A DNA stretch of 32,000 nucleotides from Blochmannia endosymbiont of Camponotus modoc (GTDB taxonomy: Bacteria; Pseudomonadota; Gammaproteobacteria; Enterobacterales; Enterobacteriaceae), in contig NZ_CP097765.1 of the NCBI RefSeq assembly GCF_023585785.1, positions 420,001 to 452,000 on the forward strand. The letters run 5' to 3'. The notes beneath the pieces were generated by a model. It worked only from the letters and a program-made list of their open reading frames with translations, ran no database searches and had not been told where the DNA came from. The stretch's first letter is position 1, and each line of letters begins with the position of its first letter. The position numbers and the translations under genes were made by a program. Shown piece by piece: positions 11,447 to 21,102 of this stretch.

Positions 11447-12586
11447 TTATTTATTACGGTAATTTTTAATTAATTTAATGAAATGACCAAATAATGATGA
11501 TGCAGCATCATGCGGGCCAGGACTAGCCTCTGGATGCCCTTGGAAACTAAAAGCAGGTTTATTAATATGGTGAATACCTTGGAGAGTGCCATCAAATAAT
11601 GAAATATGCGTTATTTTTAACGTATCAGGTAAAGTTTGTTTATCTACTACAAAATTATGATTTTGAGCGGTAATTATAACCTTATTTGTTTCTATATCTT
11701 TAACTGGATGATTAGAGCCATGATGTCCAAATTTCATTTTTATCGTTTTAGCTCCGCTGGCTAACGCAAGTAACTGATGTCCTAAACAAATTCCAAACAA
11801 TGGGATTGTAGTTGTATTTAAAAAAGTTTGTATAGAATTAATTGCGTATTCATATGCATTTGGATCTCCAGGCCCATTGGCTAGAAAGACACCATCTGGT
11901 TGCATATCAATTATTTCTTGCGCTGTAGTATGCGCTGGAACCACAGTTAATAAGCAACCATAATCTACTAATATACGCATGATATTTCGTTTAACACCAA
12001 AATCATATACTACAACACGATAAGGTAGGTGTAATGGAGTGCAGAATACTCCAGATTTAATATTCCAAGTGCCTTGATTCCAAATATACTGTCGAGAAGT
12101 ACTTACTTCATGAACAAGATTAAGTCCATTCAATCCAGTAAATTCGCGAGCCTTACGCAATGCTAATGTGGCATCAGGCATGTTACAAGCAATGATGCAG
12201 CCGTGTTGTATTCCCTTTTCTCGTATTAAACGAGTTAACTTACGAGTATCTACTCCAGCAATTCCAACAATATTTTGTTGCACTAAATAATCTGAAAGAC
12301 TCAATGTATAACGAAAATTACTAACAACCATTGCTAGGTCACGAATAATCAGCCCTCTTACCTGAATACAAGAAGATTCATTATCAAATTCATTAGTACC
12401 CACGTTTCCAATATGAGGGCAAGTTAATATGACTATTTGATAAGCATAAGAAGGGTCAGTAATTATTTCTTGATATCCAGTCATTGATGTGTTAAACACT
12501 ACTTCTCCTACTGTTTCTCCTTCTGCGCCTATTGCATAACCATAAAATTGATTACCATCTTCTAATACTAACAATGCTGATTTCAT
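11447..12586 (-). CDS. carA: carbamoyl-phosphate synthase small (glutamine amidotransferase) subunit
   Basis: 379-aa [24 protein letters not shown]... matches E. coli Car[23 protein letters not shown]. The GATase catalytic region reads [13 protein letters not shown]...HH. A 19-nt gap separates it from carB. Confidence 0.97.
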   Translation of the reverse strand: MKSALLVLEDGNQFYGYAIGAEGETVGEVVFNTSMTGYQEIITDPSYAYQIVILTCPHIGNVGTNEFDNESSCIQVRGLIIRDLAMVVSNFRYTLSLSDYLVQQNIVGIAGVDTRKLTRLIREKGIQHGCIIACNMPDATLALRKAREFTGLNGLNLVHEVSTSRQYIWNQGTWNIKSGVFCTPLHLPYRVVVYDFGVKRNIMRILVDYGCLLTVVPAHTTAQEIIDMQPDGVFLANGPGDPNAYEYAINSIQTFLNTTTIPLFGICLGHQLLALASGAKTIKMKFGHHGSNHPVKDIETNKVIITAQNHNFVVDKQTLPDTLKITHISLFDGTLQGIHHINKPAFSFQGHPEASPGPHDAASSLFGHFIKLIKNYRNK

Positions 12587-12703
12587 TAAAATAACTCTAT
12601 CTTAATAGATGAATAAATCATTAAGTATATAACTTACATTTAATTTATGAGAGGAAATTGATAAGTCAAATATTAAATTAATAATACTATTATATTAGAT
12701 TAA

Positions 12704-12742
12704 AATAAAACATGTGTAAATAAAATTTATACATGTTTTATT
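12704..12742 (-). terminator. long AT-rich hairpin downstream of dapB; candidate intrinsic terminator separating dapB from carAB
   Basis: AATAAAACATGT-G-TAAAT-aaa-ATTTA-T-ACATGTTTTATT forms 12 bp, one G.T (G.U) pair and 5 bp around a 3-nt loop. It lies about 80 nt after the dapB stop. On the minus strand the stem runs into TTTTATTTTAAT. Confidence 0.35.
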
Positions 12743-12820
12743 GATTATTAATCTTAAAATTCTTTCAATAACATCAATGATGTTATCATATATATACTTA
12801 TATGTATATGCATCTAGCTA

Positions 12821-13669
12821 TCATAATAGCGTATCCAATTCTAAAATATCGCTTATATCAAATAATCCTCTTTTATCACGTCCTATCCAAAAAGCAGCAC
12901 GTAATGCTCCATGAGCAAATATTAAACGATCTGATGCTTTATGTGTAATTTCTAAACGTTCTCCTGGTCCTGCAAATAAAACAGTATGTTCTCCAACGAC
13001 ATCTCCAGCACGTATCGAATGAATTAATATATCATTATAAGAAGAGGATGATGAATACGTTGTAGAATCAAGATTAGAATCCATAATTTTATTAGAATGA
13101 ATAGATCGCAATGCATTTACAATAATATTTTGCATTGTTAAAGAAGTTCCAGACGGTATGTCACGTTTCCTGTTATGATGAGTTTCAATAATACTGATAT
13201 CTGAAGTATTACCTATAATTTGTGTAATCTTATGCAATAATTTAGATATTAACGCTACACCTATACTAAAATTGGAGGAAAAAACAATTCCTATTTTATG
13301 AGACGCATTTAGAATAAAATTCTTATGTATCTGATTAAATCCAGTAGTACCAATAACTATATTTTTATTGTTATTAACACAAAATTTTAAATATTCTATA
13401 GATATATCAGGGGCAGTGAAATCAACCAAAACATCAAAATTGTCTTTAATTGATTCCAAATCATCAGTAACTTCTATACCTAAAGTATCAGTGTTTATTA
13501 ATACTCCAACATCCATTCCACAAATATTAGTATTTAACCGTGTTATAGCAGCTCCCAAAACAATTTCTTGACTAAATTGTTTTTCTCCTTTAACAACACA
13601 AGTTACTATTTCTTTGCCCATGCGACCAGTTACTCCCGTAACAGCAATACGGAGAAGTGCATCACTCAT
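12821..13669 (-). CDS. dapB: 4-hydroxy-tetrahydrodipicolinate reductase
   Basis: 282-aa ORF. [15 protein letters not shown] (NAD(P)-binding GxxGxxG) and ...[42 protein letters not shown]... match E. coli DapB [42 protein letters not shown]. Confidence 0.95.
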   Translation of the reverse strand: [282 protein letters not shown]

Positions 13670-13878
13670 AATTTTATAACCTTATTAATAATGTTTATTC
13701 TTTACATACAGAAAAATTTATGATTCTGATTTGTTCCTATATATAATACTAAGTGCAATAAAGTATAATAAATAATGTTACATATTGTTTATAATTTTTT
13801 ATAGTCAGCTTGTTTATATTTAATACGTAATTTTACTGTTACAATAAAATCAACAAATCCATTATTATTATAAATATG

Positions 13879-14814
13879 CTAAATTTTAGGTGTATCAAAA
13901 AATATATTCTCTTCCTCTCCAATCATTTCTTCAACAACAATATGATCTGTACTTAATACACGTAATTTTTCAATAACTTGGAGTACTAAAATGTCTGGGG
14001 CTGACGCCCCAGCAGTAATACCAATATTATTTACCCCACACAACCAATTTTTTTGAATATCATTAGCATGACTAATTAAATATGTAATTTTCCCAATACG
14101 ACGTGCTAGTTCCATTAATCGTACAGAATTAGACGATGTTATTGACCCTACAACGAATATCATCTCTACCGTTGGAGCTAAATTTTTAAGAGCATTTTGT
14201 CTATTAAATGTTGCGTAACAAATATCATGTTTTCTAGGGCCCACAATGTTAGGAAATCTTTTATTTAAAATTGCTATAATCTTTGCAGTATCATCTATAG
14301 ATAAAGTCGTTTGCGTTACAAAAAATAAATGATTTGGGTGGTTAACCTGAATGGACCAAGCATCTGATTGCGACTCAACTAAATATATTTTTTGTCCAGA
14401 ATTCGTAGAAATATATTGCCCCATAGTTCCTTCTACTTCTGGATGACCAGAATGACCTATTAAGATTACTTCCATGTTATTACGATTAGCTCGGGAGACT
14501 TCCTTATGTACTTTAGTTACCAATGGACAAGTAGCATCAATTATTATTAAATTTTTAATTTTTGATTGCTCCCGAATCTTTTTTGACACTCCGTGAGCAG
14601 AAAAAATTAGAACCGATCCATTTGGTACTTCATCTAGTCGCTCAATAAAAATAACACCTTTCTTAGATAATTGAGTTACCACGTAATCGTTATGCACCAA
14701 CTCATGTCGTACATAAATTGGAGTACCATATATTTGTATCGTTTTCTCTACAATATTAATCGCGCGATTTACCCCTGCGCAGAACCCACGCGGATTAGCT
14801 AATACAACTTTAAT
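13879..14814 (-). CDS. ispH: 4-hydroxy-3-methylbut-2-enyl diphosphate reductase IspH (LytB); proposed non-canonical ATT (or ATA at 14817) start
   Basis: The ORF track starts at TTG 14700. The frame stays open upstream to the stop at 14820-14818 and encodes [43 protein letters not shown]. This aligns with the E. coli IspH N-terminus [42 protein letters not shown] and includes the first Fe-S ligand Cys. No ATG, GTG or TTG lies in that stretch. An AGAGGG Shine-Dalgarno lies 5-8 nt upstream of ATA/ATT. Confidence 0.85.
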   Translation of the reverse strand: MKVVLANPRGFCAGVNRAINIVEKTIQIYGTPIYVRHELVHNDYVVTQLSKKGVIFIERLDEVPNGSVLIFSAHGVSKKIREQSKIKNLIIIDATCPLVTKVHKEVSRANRNNMEVILIGHSGHPEVEGTMGQYISTNSGQKIYLVESQSDAWSIQVNHPNHLFFVTQTTLSIDDTAKIIAILNKRFPNIVGPRKHDICYATFNRQNALKNLAPTVEMIFVVGSITSSNSVRLMELARRIGKITYLISHANDIQKNWLCGVNNIGITAGASAPDILVLQVIEKLRVLSTDHIVVEEMIGEEENIFFDTPKI

Positions 14815-14822
14815 TATTTATA

Positions 14823-14828
14823 CCCTCT
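14823..14828 (-). promoter_or_regulatory. Shine-Dalgarno (AGAGGG) serving the extended ispH reading frame
   Basis: The minus strand reads CAAGAGGGTA-TAA-ATA-ATT-AAA-GTT. This purine-rich ribosome-binding site sits 5 nt before ATA (14817) and 8 nt before ATT (14814). It is one of the few G-rich hexamers in this spacer. Confidence 0.5.
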
Positions 14829-14968
14829 TGTATTTTCATATAAAAAAAATTGCTACATTTATTGCTCATATAAAATATGACAATTAATTTTTAGTAATTT
14901 TGTAATTAAATTAATAAACATAATAATGCATATTATGTTGATAACAATCATCATACATATTCTCGATT

Positions 14969-15466
14969 TTAATATAAATTATTTTTAACAAAATCATAAT
15001 AGTATCTTATTGTTAAGATAGTAATTCCTATACAAATTGCTATGTCTGCCACATTAAAAGTTGGCCAATGCCAACTTTTAATGTGGACATCAATAAAATC
15101 AACTACTGTTCCGTATAATATCCGATCCAATAAATTTCCTAAAGCCCCTCCAATAACCATAGAGTAAGATATACTATAACATTTAGGGCATTCAATCAAT
15201 TTGTATAAGGCTACGATAAATACTACAATTACTAATGTTATTATCCATACAAATATCCAACGATAATATAAATTAGCATTAGTAAATAACCCAAAAGCTA
15301 ATCCTGGATTACAAACATAATAACAATTAATCCCAGGTAATATTGATAATACTTCACCAATCCAAAAATGAGTCTTTACCCAATATTTTGTTCCTATGTC
15401 TAATAACATTATTAATATAGATAACCATAACCATTTTAAATTTTTATAATTATATTTTTTATTCAT
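14969..15466 (-). CDS. lspA: lipoprotein signal peptidase (signal peptidase II)
   Basis: 165-aa polytopic membrane ORF. ...LGNLLDRILYGTVVDFIDV...WPTFNVADIAICIG matches conserved LspA boxes (E. coli GNLFDRLWHGFVVDMIDF...WPAFNLADTAICVG). Its start overlaps the ileS stop (TAATG). Confidence 0.93.
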   Translation of the reverse strand: MNKKYNYKNLKWLWLSILIMLLDIGTKYWVKTHFWIGEVLSILPGINCYYVCNPGLAFGLFTNANLYYRWIFVWIITLVIVVFIVALYKLIECPKCYSISYSMVIGGALGNLLDRILYGTVVDFIDVHIKSWHWPTFNVADIAICIGITILTIRYYYDFVKNNLY

Positions 15467-18294
15467 TAAAAAAACCTACGTTTTTCCCCTGGTCCAACTA
15501 TGTTGTTAATACAACGCGCGCAAATATTTGAATAATTTTTGTATTGATCGATATCTAATCTATAATGCCAACAACGCAAACACTTCTTACCCTTAGCTTT
15601 TTCTAAAAAAATTTTCAATCCGGGCATTCCCGCTTGTGCATATTGAGTAACATTAACTCCATTGCTATAATCTGAAACTATAGCTGACGATGTTATTAAT
15701 CCAAAAGAAAGTTCATTTCCTAAAATACGTAATGTATTTGCCAGTTCTGGAGTAGCATACAAAACTACACTGGCATCTAAGGATCCACCAATAATGCCAT
15801 TAAGACGAGTTTGTTCAACTATTTTATTTACTTCATTTCTAACATTTAAAAAAGTATTCCAATCCTCACTATTCATAATTTGTTTTGAACTTATACTAAA
15901 TAAGCCATTATACCATTCTTCAGTAAATACATATTTTGATCTATTTCCTGGAATATACCTCCAAATTTCATCAGCAGTAAAAGATAAAACTGGAGCAATC
16001 CAACGCACCATAGATTCAAGAATATGATACAATGCAGTCTGACAGCTACGACGTTCTTTACTATTTTTTTTTGTGGTATATTGTCGATCTTTAATAACAT
16101 CCAAATAAAACGAACCCATTTCTACTGAACAAAACTGCATAATCCGTTGTATTACATTATGAAAATTATATTTATTGTAATCTGATATTACTTCTAACTG
16201 TACAGATAAAGCGCGATCCATTGCCCAACAATCCAATTCAATCATATTTTCTGGATGTACAGAATCTTGTTCTGGATCAAAATCACTAATATTGGCTAAA
16301 AAAAACCGAGCAGTATTCCGAATACGTCGATACACATCAGTTGTATGCTTTAAAATAGCATTTGAAATTGCCATTTCTTTAGAATAATCAGAAGAAGCTA
16401 TCCATAATCGTAAGATATCTGCTCCGAAATCTTTTATTATTTCCTGAGGGCTAATGACATTACCAAGAGATTTAGACATCTTACGCCCCTGAGCATCTAC
16501 AGTAAATCCATGAGTCAATACTTCTCTATAAGGTGCTTTACCTGTAATTGCAGTTGATATAATTAAAGACGACATAAACCAACCTCGATATTGATCTGAA
16601 CCTTCTAAATATAAATCTGGTGACTGCTTTCGATATTCTAATCTTTCTGGTATCACTGAATAATGAGTAGAACCAGAGTCAAACCATACATCCAGCGTAT
16701 CTAACACTTTTTCATACTGATCTGCTTCTTCATTGCCTATGATATCTTCAGTTTTTAAATCCCACCACGCCTGTATTCCGTATTGTTCTACATGTTGGGC
16801 AATTACTTCCATTAATTCAATCGTGCGCGGATGTAAAATTGAAGTTTTTTTATGAATGAAAAGAGGTATTGGCACACCCCAAACACGTTGTCTTGAAAGA
16901 CACCAATCAGGTCTATTAACAATCATTGTTTCAATACTATATTCTCCTTTATTTGGAATCCAATCTACTTGGTGTATTGTTTGCAACAATTTATTTCTTA
17001 AATTATATTTATCCATACTTAAAAACCACTGTGCAGTAGCTCTGAAAATGACTGGAACTGCATGACGCCAACAATATGGATAATTATGTTTATAGTTACG
17101 ATTTACGTGTAATAAAGAACCTGATTGATTTAATAAGTTTATTATTATGTCATTGGATTGAAATACTTGTACGCCATCTAACATAGGGTGCACATTAGAT
17201 ACATAATGACCTGTTTCATTTATTATATCAACAATTTTAAAATTATATTTTCGAGCTATAATATAATCATCAACGCCATGATTTGGAGCGATATGTACTA
17301 CTCCTGTTCCAGAATCTAGTGCTACATGACCGCTCAAGACAACAGGAACATCGAACGACATAAACGGATGCCGAAATTTTAACGATTCTAAGGCATTACC
17401 TGAAGTTTCACCTAAAATTTTCCAAGAAAAACATTGTATGCGTTGCATCACAACATTCACTAAATTAGCTGCAATAATTATATATTTATTATTATTTACC
17501 GCAATTAATTGATAGCTGTAATCTGGATGTACAGAAATAGCTTGATTAGCAGGTAATGTCCAAGGAGTAGTAGTCCAAATTACTAATTCAATAATACGTT
17601 GACATAAATCAATATTGAATATTTGAGAAATACGAGTATTATCTACTGCAAAAAAAGTAACATCAATAGCCGTAGAACAATGATTATTATATTCCACTTC
17701 TGATTCAGCTAATACAGAACAACATTGAAAACACCAATGTACAGGTTTTGTTCCTTTATAGAAATAACCATTAGATATAACTTTGCTTAAGGTGCGAATA
17801 ATATTTGCTTCAGTCTTAAAATCCATTGTCAAATAAGGTCGTGACCAATCTCCTAAGACACCTAATCTTACGAAATCTTTTTTTTGTATTTCTATTTGAT
17901 CTAAAACATAATTACGACAGATACTTCGAAATTCATTTGGATCAACATTAATTCCTAGTTGCCCTATTAATCGTTCTACTTGTAGTTCGATAGGTAACCC
18001 ATGACAATCCCAACCGGGAATATAAGGAGCATTATACCCCATTAAGGTTTTATATTTCAGAATAATATCTTTAAGTACTTTATTTACTGCATGACCTAAA
18101 TGAATACTGCCGTTTACATAAGGTGGGCCATCATGTAGTATGAATAATTTTTTTTTACTTTTTTTATGACGAATTGCTTCGTATAAATTATCTTTATACC
18201 AACGCTCTAAGATAGTAGGCTCACATACAGGTAAATTAGCACGCATTGGAAATAATGTGTATGGTAAATTCAAAGTATTTTTATAGTTAATCAT
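15466..18294 (-). CDS. ileS: isoleucine--tRNA ligase
   Basis: 942-aa ORF with the class I HIGH motif (GSIHLGHAVNK), the KMSKS motif (GRKMSKSLGN) and a C-terminal Zn-finger (CLRCWHY...CARC). It has a strong remembered match to E. coli IleS ([21 protein letters not shown]...). Confidence 0.98.
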   Translation of the reverse strand: MINYKNTLNLPYTLFPMRANLPVCEPTILERWYKDNLYEAIRHKKSKKKLFILHDGPPYVNGSIHLGHAVNKVLKDIILKYKTLMGYNAPYIPGWDCHGLPIELQVERLIGQLGINVDPNEFRSICRNYVLDQIEIQKKDFVRLGVLGDWSRPYLTMDFKTEANIIRTLSKVISNGYFYKGTKPVHWCFQCCSVLAESEVEYNNHCSTAIDVTFFAVDNTRISQIFNIDLCQRIIELVIWTTTPWTLPANQAISVHPDYSYQLIAVNNNKYIIIAANLVNVVMQRIQCFSWKILGETSGNALESLKFRHPFMSFDVPVVLSGHVALDSGTGVVHIAPNHGVDDYIIARKYNFKIVDIINETGHYVSNVHPMLDGVQVFQSNDIIINLLNQSGSLLHVNRNYKHNYPYCWRHAVPVIFRATAQWFLSMDKYNLRNKLLQTIHQVDWIPNKGEYSIETMIVNRPDWCLSRQRVWGVPIPLFIHKKTSILHPRTIELMEVIAQHVEQYGIQAWWDLKTEDIIGNEEADQYEKVLDTLDVWFDSGSTHYSVIPERLEYRKQSPDLYLEGSDQYRGWFMSSLIISTAITGKAPYREVLTHGFTVDAQGRKMSKSLGNVISPQEIIKDFGADILRLWIASSDYSKEMAISNAILKHTTDVYRRIRNTARFFLANISDFDPEQDSVHPENMIELDCWAMDRALSVQLEVISDYNKYNFHNVIQRIMQFCSVEMGSFYLDVIKDRQYTTKKNSKERRSCQTALYHILESMVRWIAPVLSFTADEIWRYIPGNRSKYVFTEEWYNGLFSISSKQIMNSEDWNTFLNVRNEVNKIVEQTRLNGIIGGSLDASVVLYATPELANTLRILGNELSFGLITSSAIVSDYSNGVNVTQYAQAGMPGLKIFLEKAKGKKCLRCWHYRLDIDQYKNYSNICARCINNIVGPGEKRRFF

Positions 18295-19265
18295 TTATAA
18301 ATTATTCCGTTTTTATAAATTTTGTTGATATTATTAATTTTATTAAAATAACTACGTACTTTTATTATATCGCTTTTAATTTGACGCTGTAATGTTTTCA
18401 CGGAACTGAAATATTGTTCATCACGTATTTTAGCTAAAAAAACTACTTTAACGTGATAAGTATATAAATTTGTAGATACATTTAACAAATGTACTTCTAA
18501 CTTTTGTTGATTTTTTCCAGTAACTGACGGGCAAATTCCCACATTGGCTATACCCGGTAATGGATGATTAGAAATACCATACACTTCCACTGCGTATACA
18601 CCATGCATTGGTAATCGTTTGCCCTGTAATGATACGTTAGCTGTAGGAAACCCAATCCTACGACCTAATTCATCTCCGTGCACTACACGGCCAGAAATAC
18701 AATAAGAATGTCCAAGTAATAATTCAGCATCCAATATTCTATTTTCTACTAAAGCAACACGTATCGCAGTACTACTTATTCTTCGATTGTTTTCATCAAA
18801 ATAAGTGGCGATGCGTATTACTTTAAAACCTTCATTTTTACCGATTTTTTTCAATAAAATAAAATCCCCTTTTCTAAAAGCACCAAACTTAAAATCATCT
18901 CCGATATAAACAAACCGAACGTCTAATTTAGATATTAATATATTTTTAATAAAATTGTACGCTTCAATAGCAGCAAATTTTTTGTTAAAAGTAATACATA
19001 GAATAACATCTACTCCTGCTGTATATAAATAATTCACTTTATCTCTCAATCTAGTTAATCGTATTGCTATTATATTAGATAGATATTCTTTAGGTTGTGG
19101 CTCGAAGATCATAACCACAACAGGTAATTTCAAAATGTTTCGTTTTTTTTGTAACTTTTCAAGTAATGCCTGATGCCCACGATGAAATCCATCAAAATTA
19201 CCGATAGTAAGTATGCAACCTTTATGACGGGATTTTATATTATGTAATCCTCTAACAAATTCCAT
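18291..19265 (-). CDS. ribF: bifunctional riboflavin kinase / FMN adenylyltransferase
   Basis: 324-aa ORF. GCILTIGNFDGFHRGHQALL (nucleotidyltransferase HxGH) and C-terminal riboflavin kinase motifs (GFPTANV...GVYAV..., ...KLEVHLL). It overlaps ileS by 4 nt (ATGA). It lies upstream of ileS as in E. coli. Confidence 0.95.
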   Translation of the reverse strand: MEFVRGLHNIKSRHKGCILTIGNFDGFHRGHQALLEKLQKKRNILKLPVVVMIFEPQPKEYLSNIIAIRLTRLRDKVNYLYTAGVDVILCITFNKKFAAIEAYNFIKNILISKLDVRFVYIGDDFKFGAFRKGDFILLKKIGKNEGFKVIRIATYFDENNRRISSTAIRVALVENRILDAELLLGHSYCISGRVVHGDELGRRIGFPTANVSLQGKRLPMHGVYAVEVYGISNHPLPGIANVGICPSVTGKNQQKLEVHLLNVSTNLYTYHVKVVFLAKIRDEQYFSSVKTLQRQIKSDIIKVRSYFNKINNINKIYKNGIIYK

Positions 19266-19518
19266 GTTAAATTCAAATAAATTCTTAAAAGATATTGATA
19301 TTTATTCATATATTTTTAAAAGTATTAACTTATTTTATAAAATAAATTCAAAAATCATACAAATAATATAATTATTAAAATAAATTTATAAAAACATTTA
19401 TAACCGTAATGATAATCATATTGAAAATATATAAATAACAATTGTAATTTATAATATAAAAATATAACATAAGGTATATGTGTAATTAAAATTTTAATAT
19501 TTTAAGGGGTACTTCATA

Positions 19519-19785
19519 TTGGCTAACACTAAATCAGCTAGAAAATCTCTTATAAAATCACAACAACAACGCAAGTGTAATGCAAGCCGGAGATCCATGT
19601 TGCGTACCTTTATAAAAAAGGTATATGCAGCAATTGAGATTAAAGATAAGACAGCTGCAATGACTGCATTTGTTTTTATGCAGAAAATAATAGATCATCA
19701 GGCTTGTAAAGGTTTAATGCATAAAAATAAAGCCGCTAGATGTAAATCTAGAGCATATGCGCGTATCAAATCCATGGAGTGTTGA
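19519..19785 (+). CDS. rpsT: 30S ribosomal protein S20 (TTG start)
   Basis: 88-aa [12 protein letters not shown]...[20 protein letters not shown]...[11 protein letters not shown] matches E. coli S20 MANIKSAKK...[20 protein letters not shown]...KGLIHKNKAAR. It starts at TTG with AAGGGG 9 nt upstream. E. coli rpsT is also known to use UUG. Confidence 0.95.
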   Translation: MANTKSARKSLIKSQQQRKCNASRRSMLRTFIKKVYAAIEIKDKTAAMTAFVFMQKIIDHQACKGLMHKNKAARCKSRAYARIKSMEC

Positions 19786-19851
19786 CTGCACAGTAAAAGG
19801 GAAAATAATAACATTTAAAAATCAATAATATTGAAACATCACTGTAAGCAA

Positions 19852-20979
19852 TTAATGAGTAAGATCATCGAAGAATTTTTTTACACCATCAAAAAAACTT
19901 TTAGATCTAGGACTGTTTCGGTTTCCATGAGGTCCCTCAAAACTATCTGACAAATCTTGAAGTAATCGTTTTTGTGTATCATTTAACTTCACCGGAGTTT
20001 CTACCACTACTCTACATAACAAATCACCATTACCACCGCTTCGAACTGATTTTACTCCTTTTCCTCTCATACGAAATAGTTTTCCAGTTTGGGTTTCAGG
20101 AGGAATTTTTAATTTTACCCTCCCATCTAAGGTTGGCACCTCAATTTCTCCTCCCAAGGCTGCCATAGAAAAACTAATTGGTACTTCACAATAAAGATTT
20201 TTTTCTTCTCTATCAAAAATGGGATGTTTTCTAATTTGAACTTGAACGTATAAATCTCCTGAAGGTGCACCATTTTTGCCAGATTCGCCTTCACCTGATA
20301 AACGTATACGATCTCCTGTGTTTACACCAGCTGGAATTTTAACAGATAGAGTCTTAGATCGTTCTACTCGTCCATTTCCACGACATTTATTACAAACTTC
20401 TTTAATAATTTTACCATGTCCATGGCATGTGGGACAAGATTGCTGTACAGAAAAAAAACCTTGGCGTATTTGAATTTGCCCTTGACCATGACATGTCATG
20501 CAAGTAACTATCGCTGAATTTGATCTCGCGCCACTTCCACGACATTTCTCACACGTCGATAAAGTTGGTATGCATATTTCTTTAATAATCCCACGAACTG
20601 CATCCTCTAAACTCAACTCTATATTATAACGCAAGTCCGATCCTCTGCCTGCACGATTCCTTCTATTTCCTCCAAATATATCTCCGAACACATCACCAAA
20701 AATATCGCTAAAATCTGCTCCTCCTGAATTTGCTGTTGCCCCCATACTTCCTGATTCAAACGCTGCATGACCATACTGATCATAAGCTGCACGTTTTTCT
20801 GCATTACTTAATACTTCATATGCTTCTTTAATTTCTTTAAATTTTGTTTCAGCTGCGGTATTCCCTTGATTACGATCTGGATGAAATTTCATTGCCAGGC
20901 GTTTATAGGACTTTTTGATTTCACGCTCATCCGCATTTTTGGAAATGCCCAAAATCTCATAATAGTCTGATTTAGCCAT
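19852..20979 (-). CDS. dnaJ: molecular chaperone DnaJ (Hsp40)
   Basis: 375-aa ORF with a J-domain containing HPD (MKFHPDRN), a G/F-rich linker, and four CxxCxGxG zinc-finger repeats ([32 protein letters not shown]). It lies downstream of dnaK. Confidence 0.98.
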   Translation of the reverse strand: MAKSDYYEILGISKNADEREIKKSYKRLAMKFHPDRNQGNTAAETKFKEIKEAYEVLSNAEKRAAYDQYGHAAFESGSMGATANSGGADFSDIFGDVFGDIFGGNRRNRAGRGSDLRYNIELSLEDAVRGIIKEICIPTLSTCEKCRGSGARSNSAIVTCMTCHGQGQIQIRQGFFSVQQSCPTCHGHGKIIKEVCNKCRGNGRVERSKTLSVKIPAGVNTGDRIRLSGEGESGKNGAPSGDLYVQVQIRKHPIFDREEKNLYCEVPISFSMAALGGEIEVPTLDGRVKLKIPPETQTGKLFRMRGKGVKSVRSGGNGDLLCRVVVETPVKLNDTQKRLLQDLSDSFEGPHGNRNSPRSKSFFDGVKKFFDDLTH

Positions 20980-21102
20980 GGTTTTCTTTATGTCCCTTTG
21001 TATACCTATTAATTTAGTAATACATTTATAGATTCAACATTTTTTCATTTATAATTTTAATAATTACTCTTCTCCTGCTCTAAATTTATTTTTTAAAAAA
21101 TA

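Noticed and set aside
13368-13571. 67-aa plus-strand ORF inside dapB
   Set aside because: It is a shadow ORF antisense to dapB with no independent support.
14917-14939. 9-bp hairpin AACATAATA-atgca-TATTATGTT downstream of lspA
   Set aside because: Stems of 9 A/T-rich base pairs are expected several times by chance in this window, and the predicted stability is low. I do not call it a terminator.
15794-17065. Three short ORFs (15794-16027 +, 15891-16100 -, 16856-17065 +) within ileS
   Set aside because: All lie inside the ileS coding region, either antisense or out of frame. ileS is intact and full length, so these are frame artefacts.
19266-19518. Attempted sigma-70 promoter calls (TTGAAA, TTGTAA and TATAAT-like hexamers) in the ribF-rpsT divergent spacer and other spacers
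   Set aside because: In DNA that is over 80% A/T, -10 and -35-like hexamers occur almost everywhere with acceptable spacing. No call would be better than chance, so I report none.
19974-20804. Three short ORFs (19974-20168 +, 20276-20473 +, 20619-20804 -) within dnaJ
   Set aside because: dnaJ is GC-richer than its surroundings, so alternative frames lack stop codons by chance. They have no motifs, and dnaJ itself is complete with all four zinc-finger repeats.
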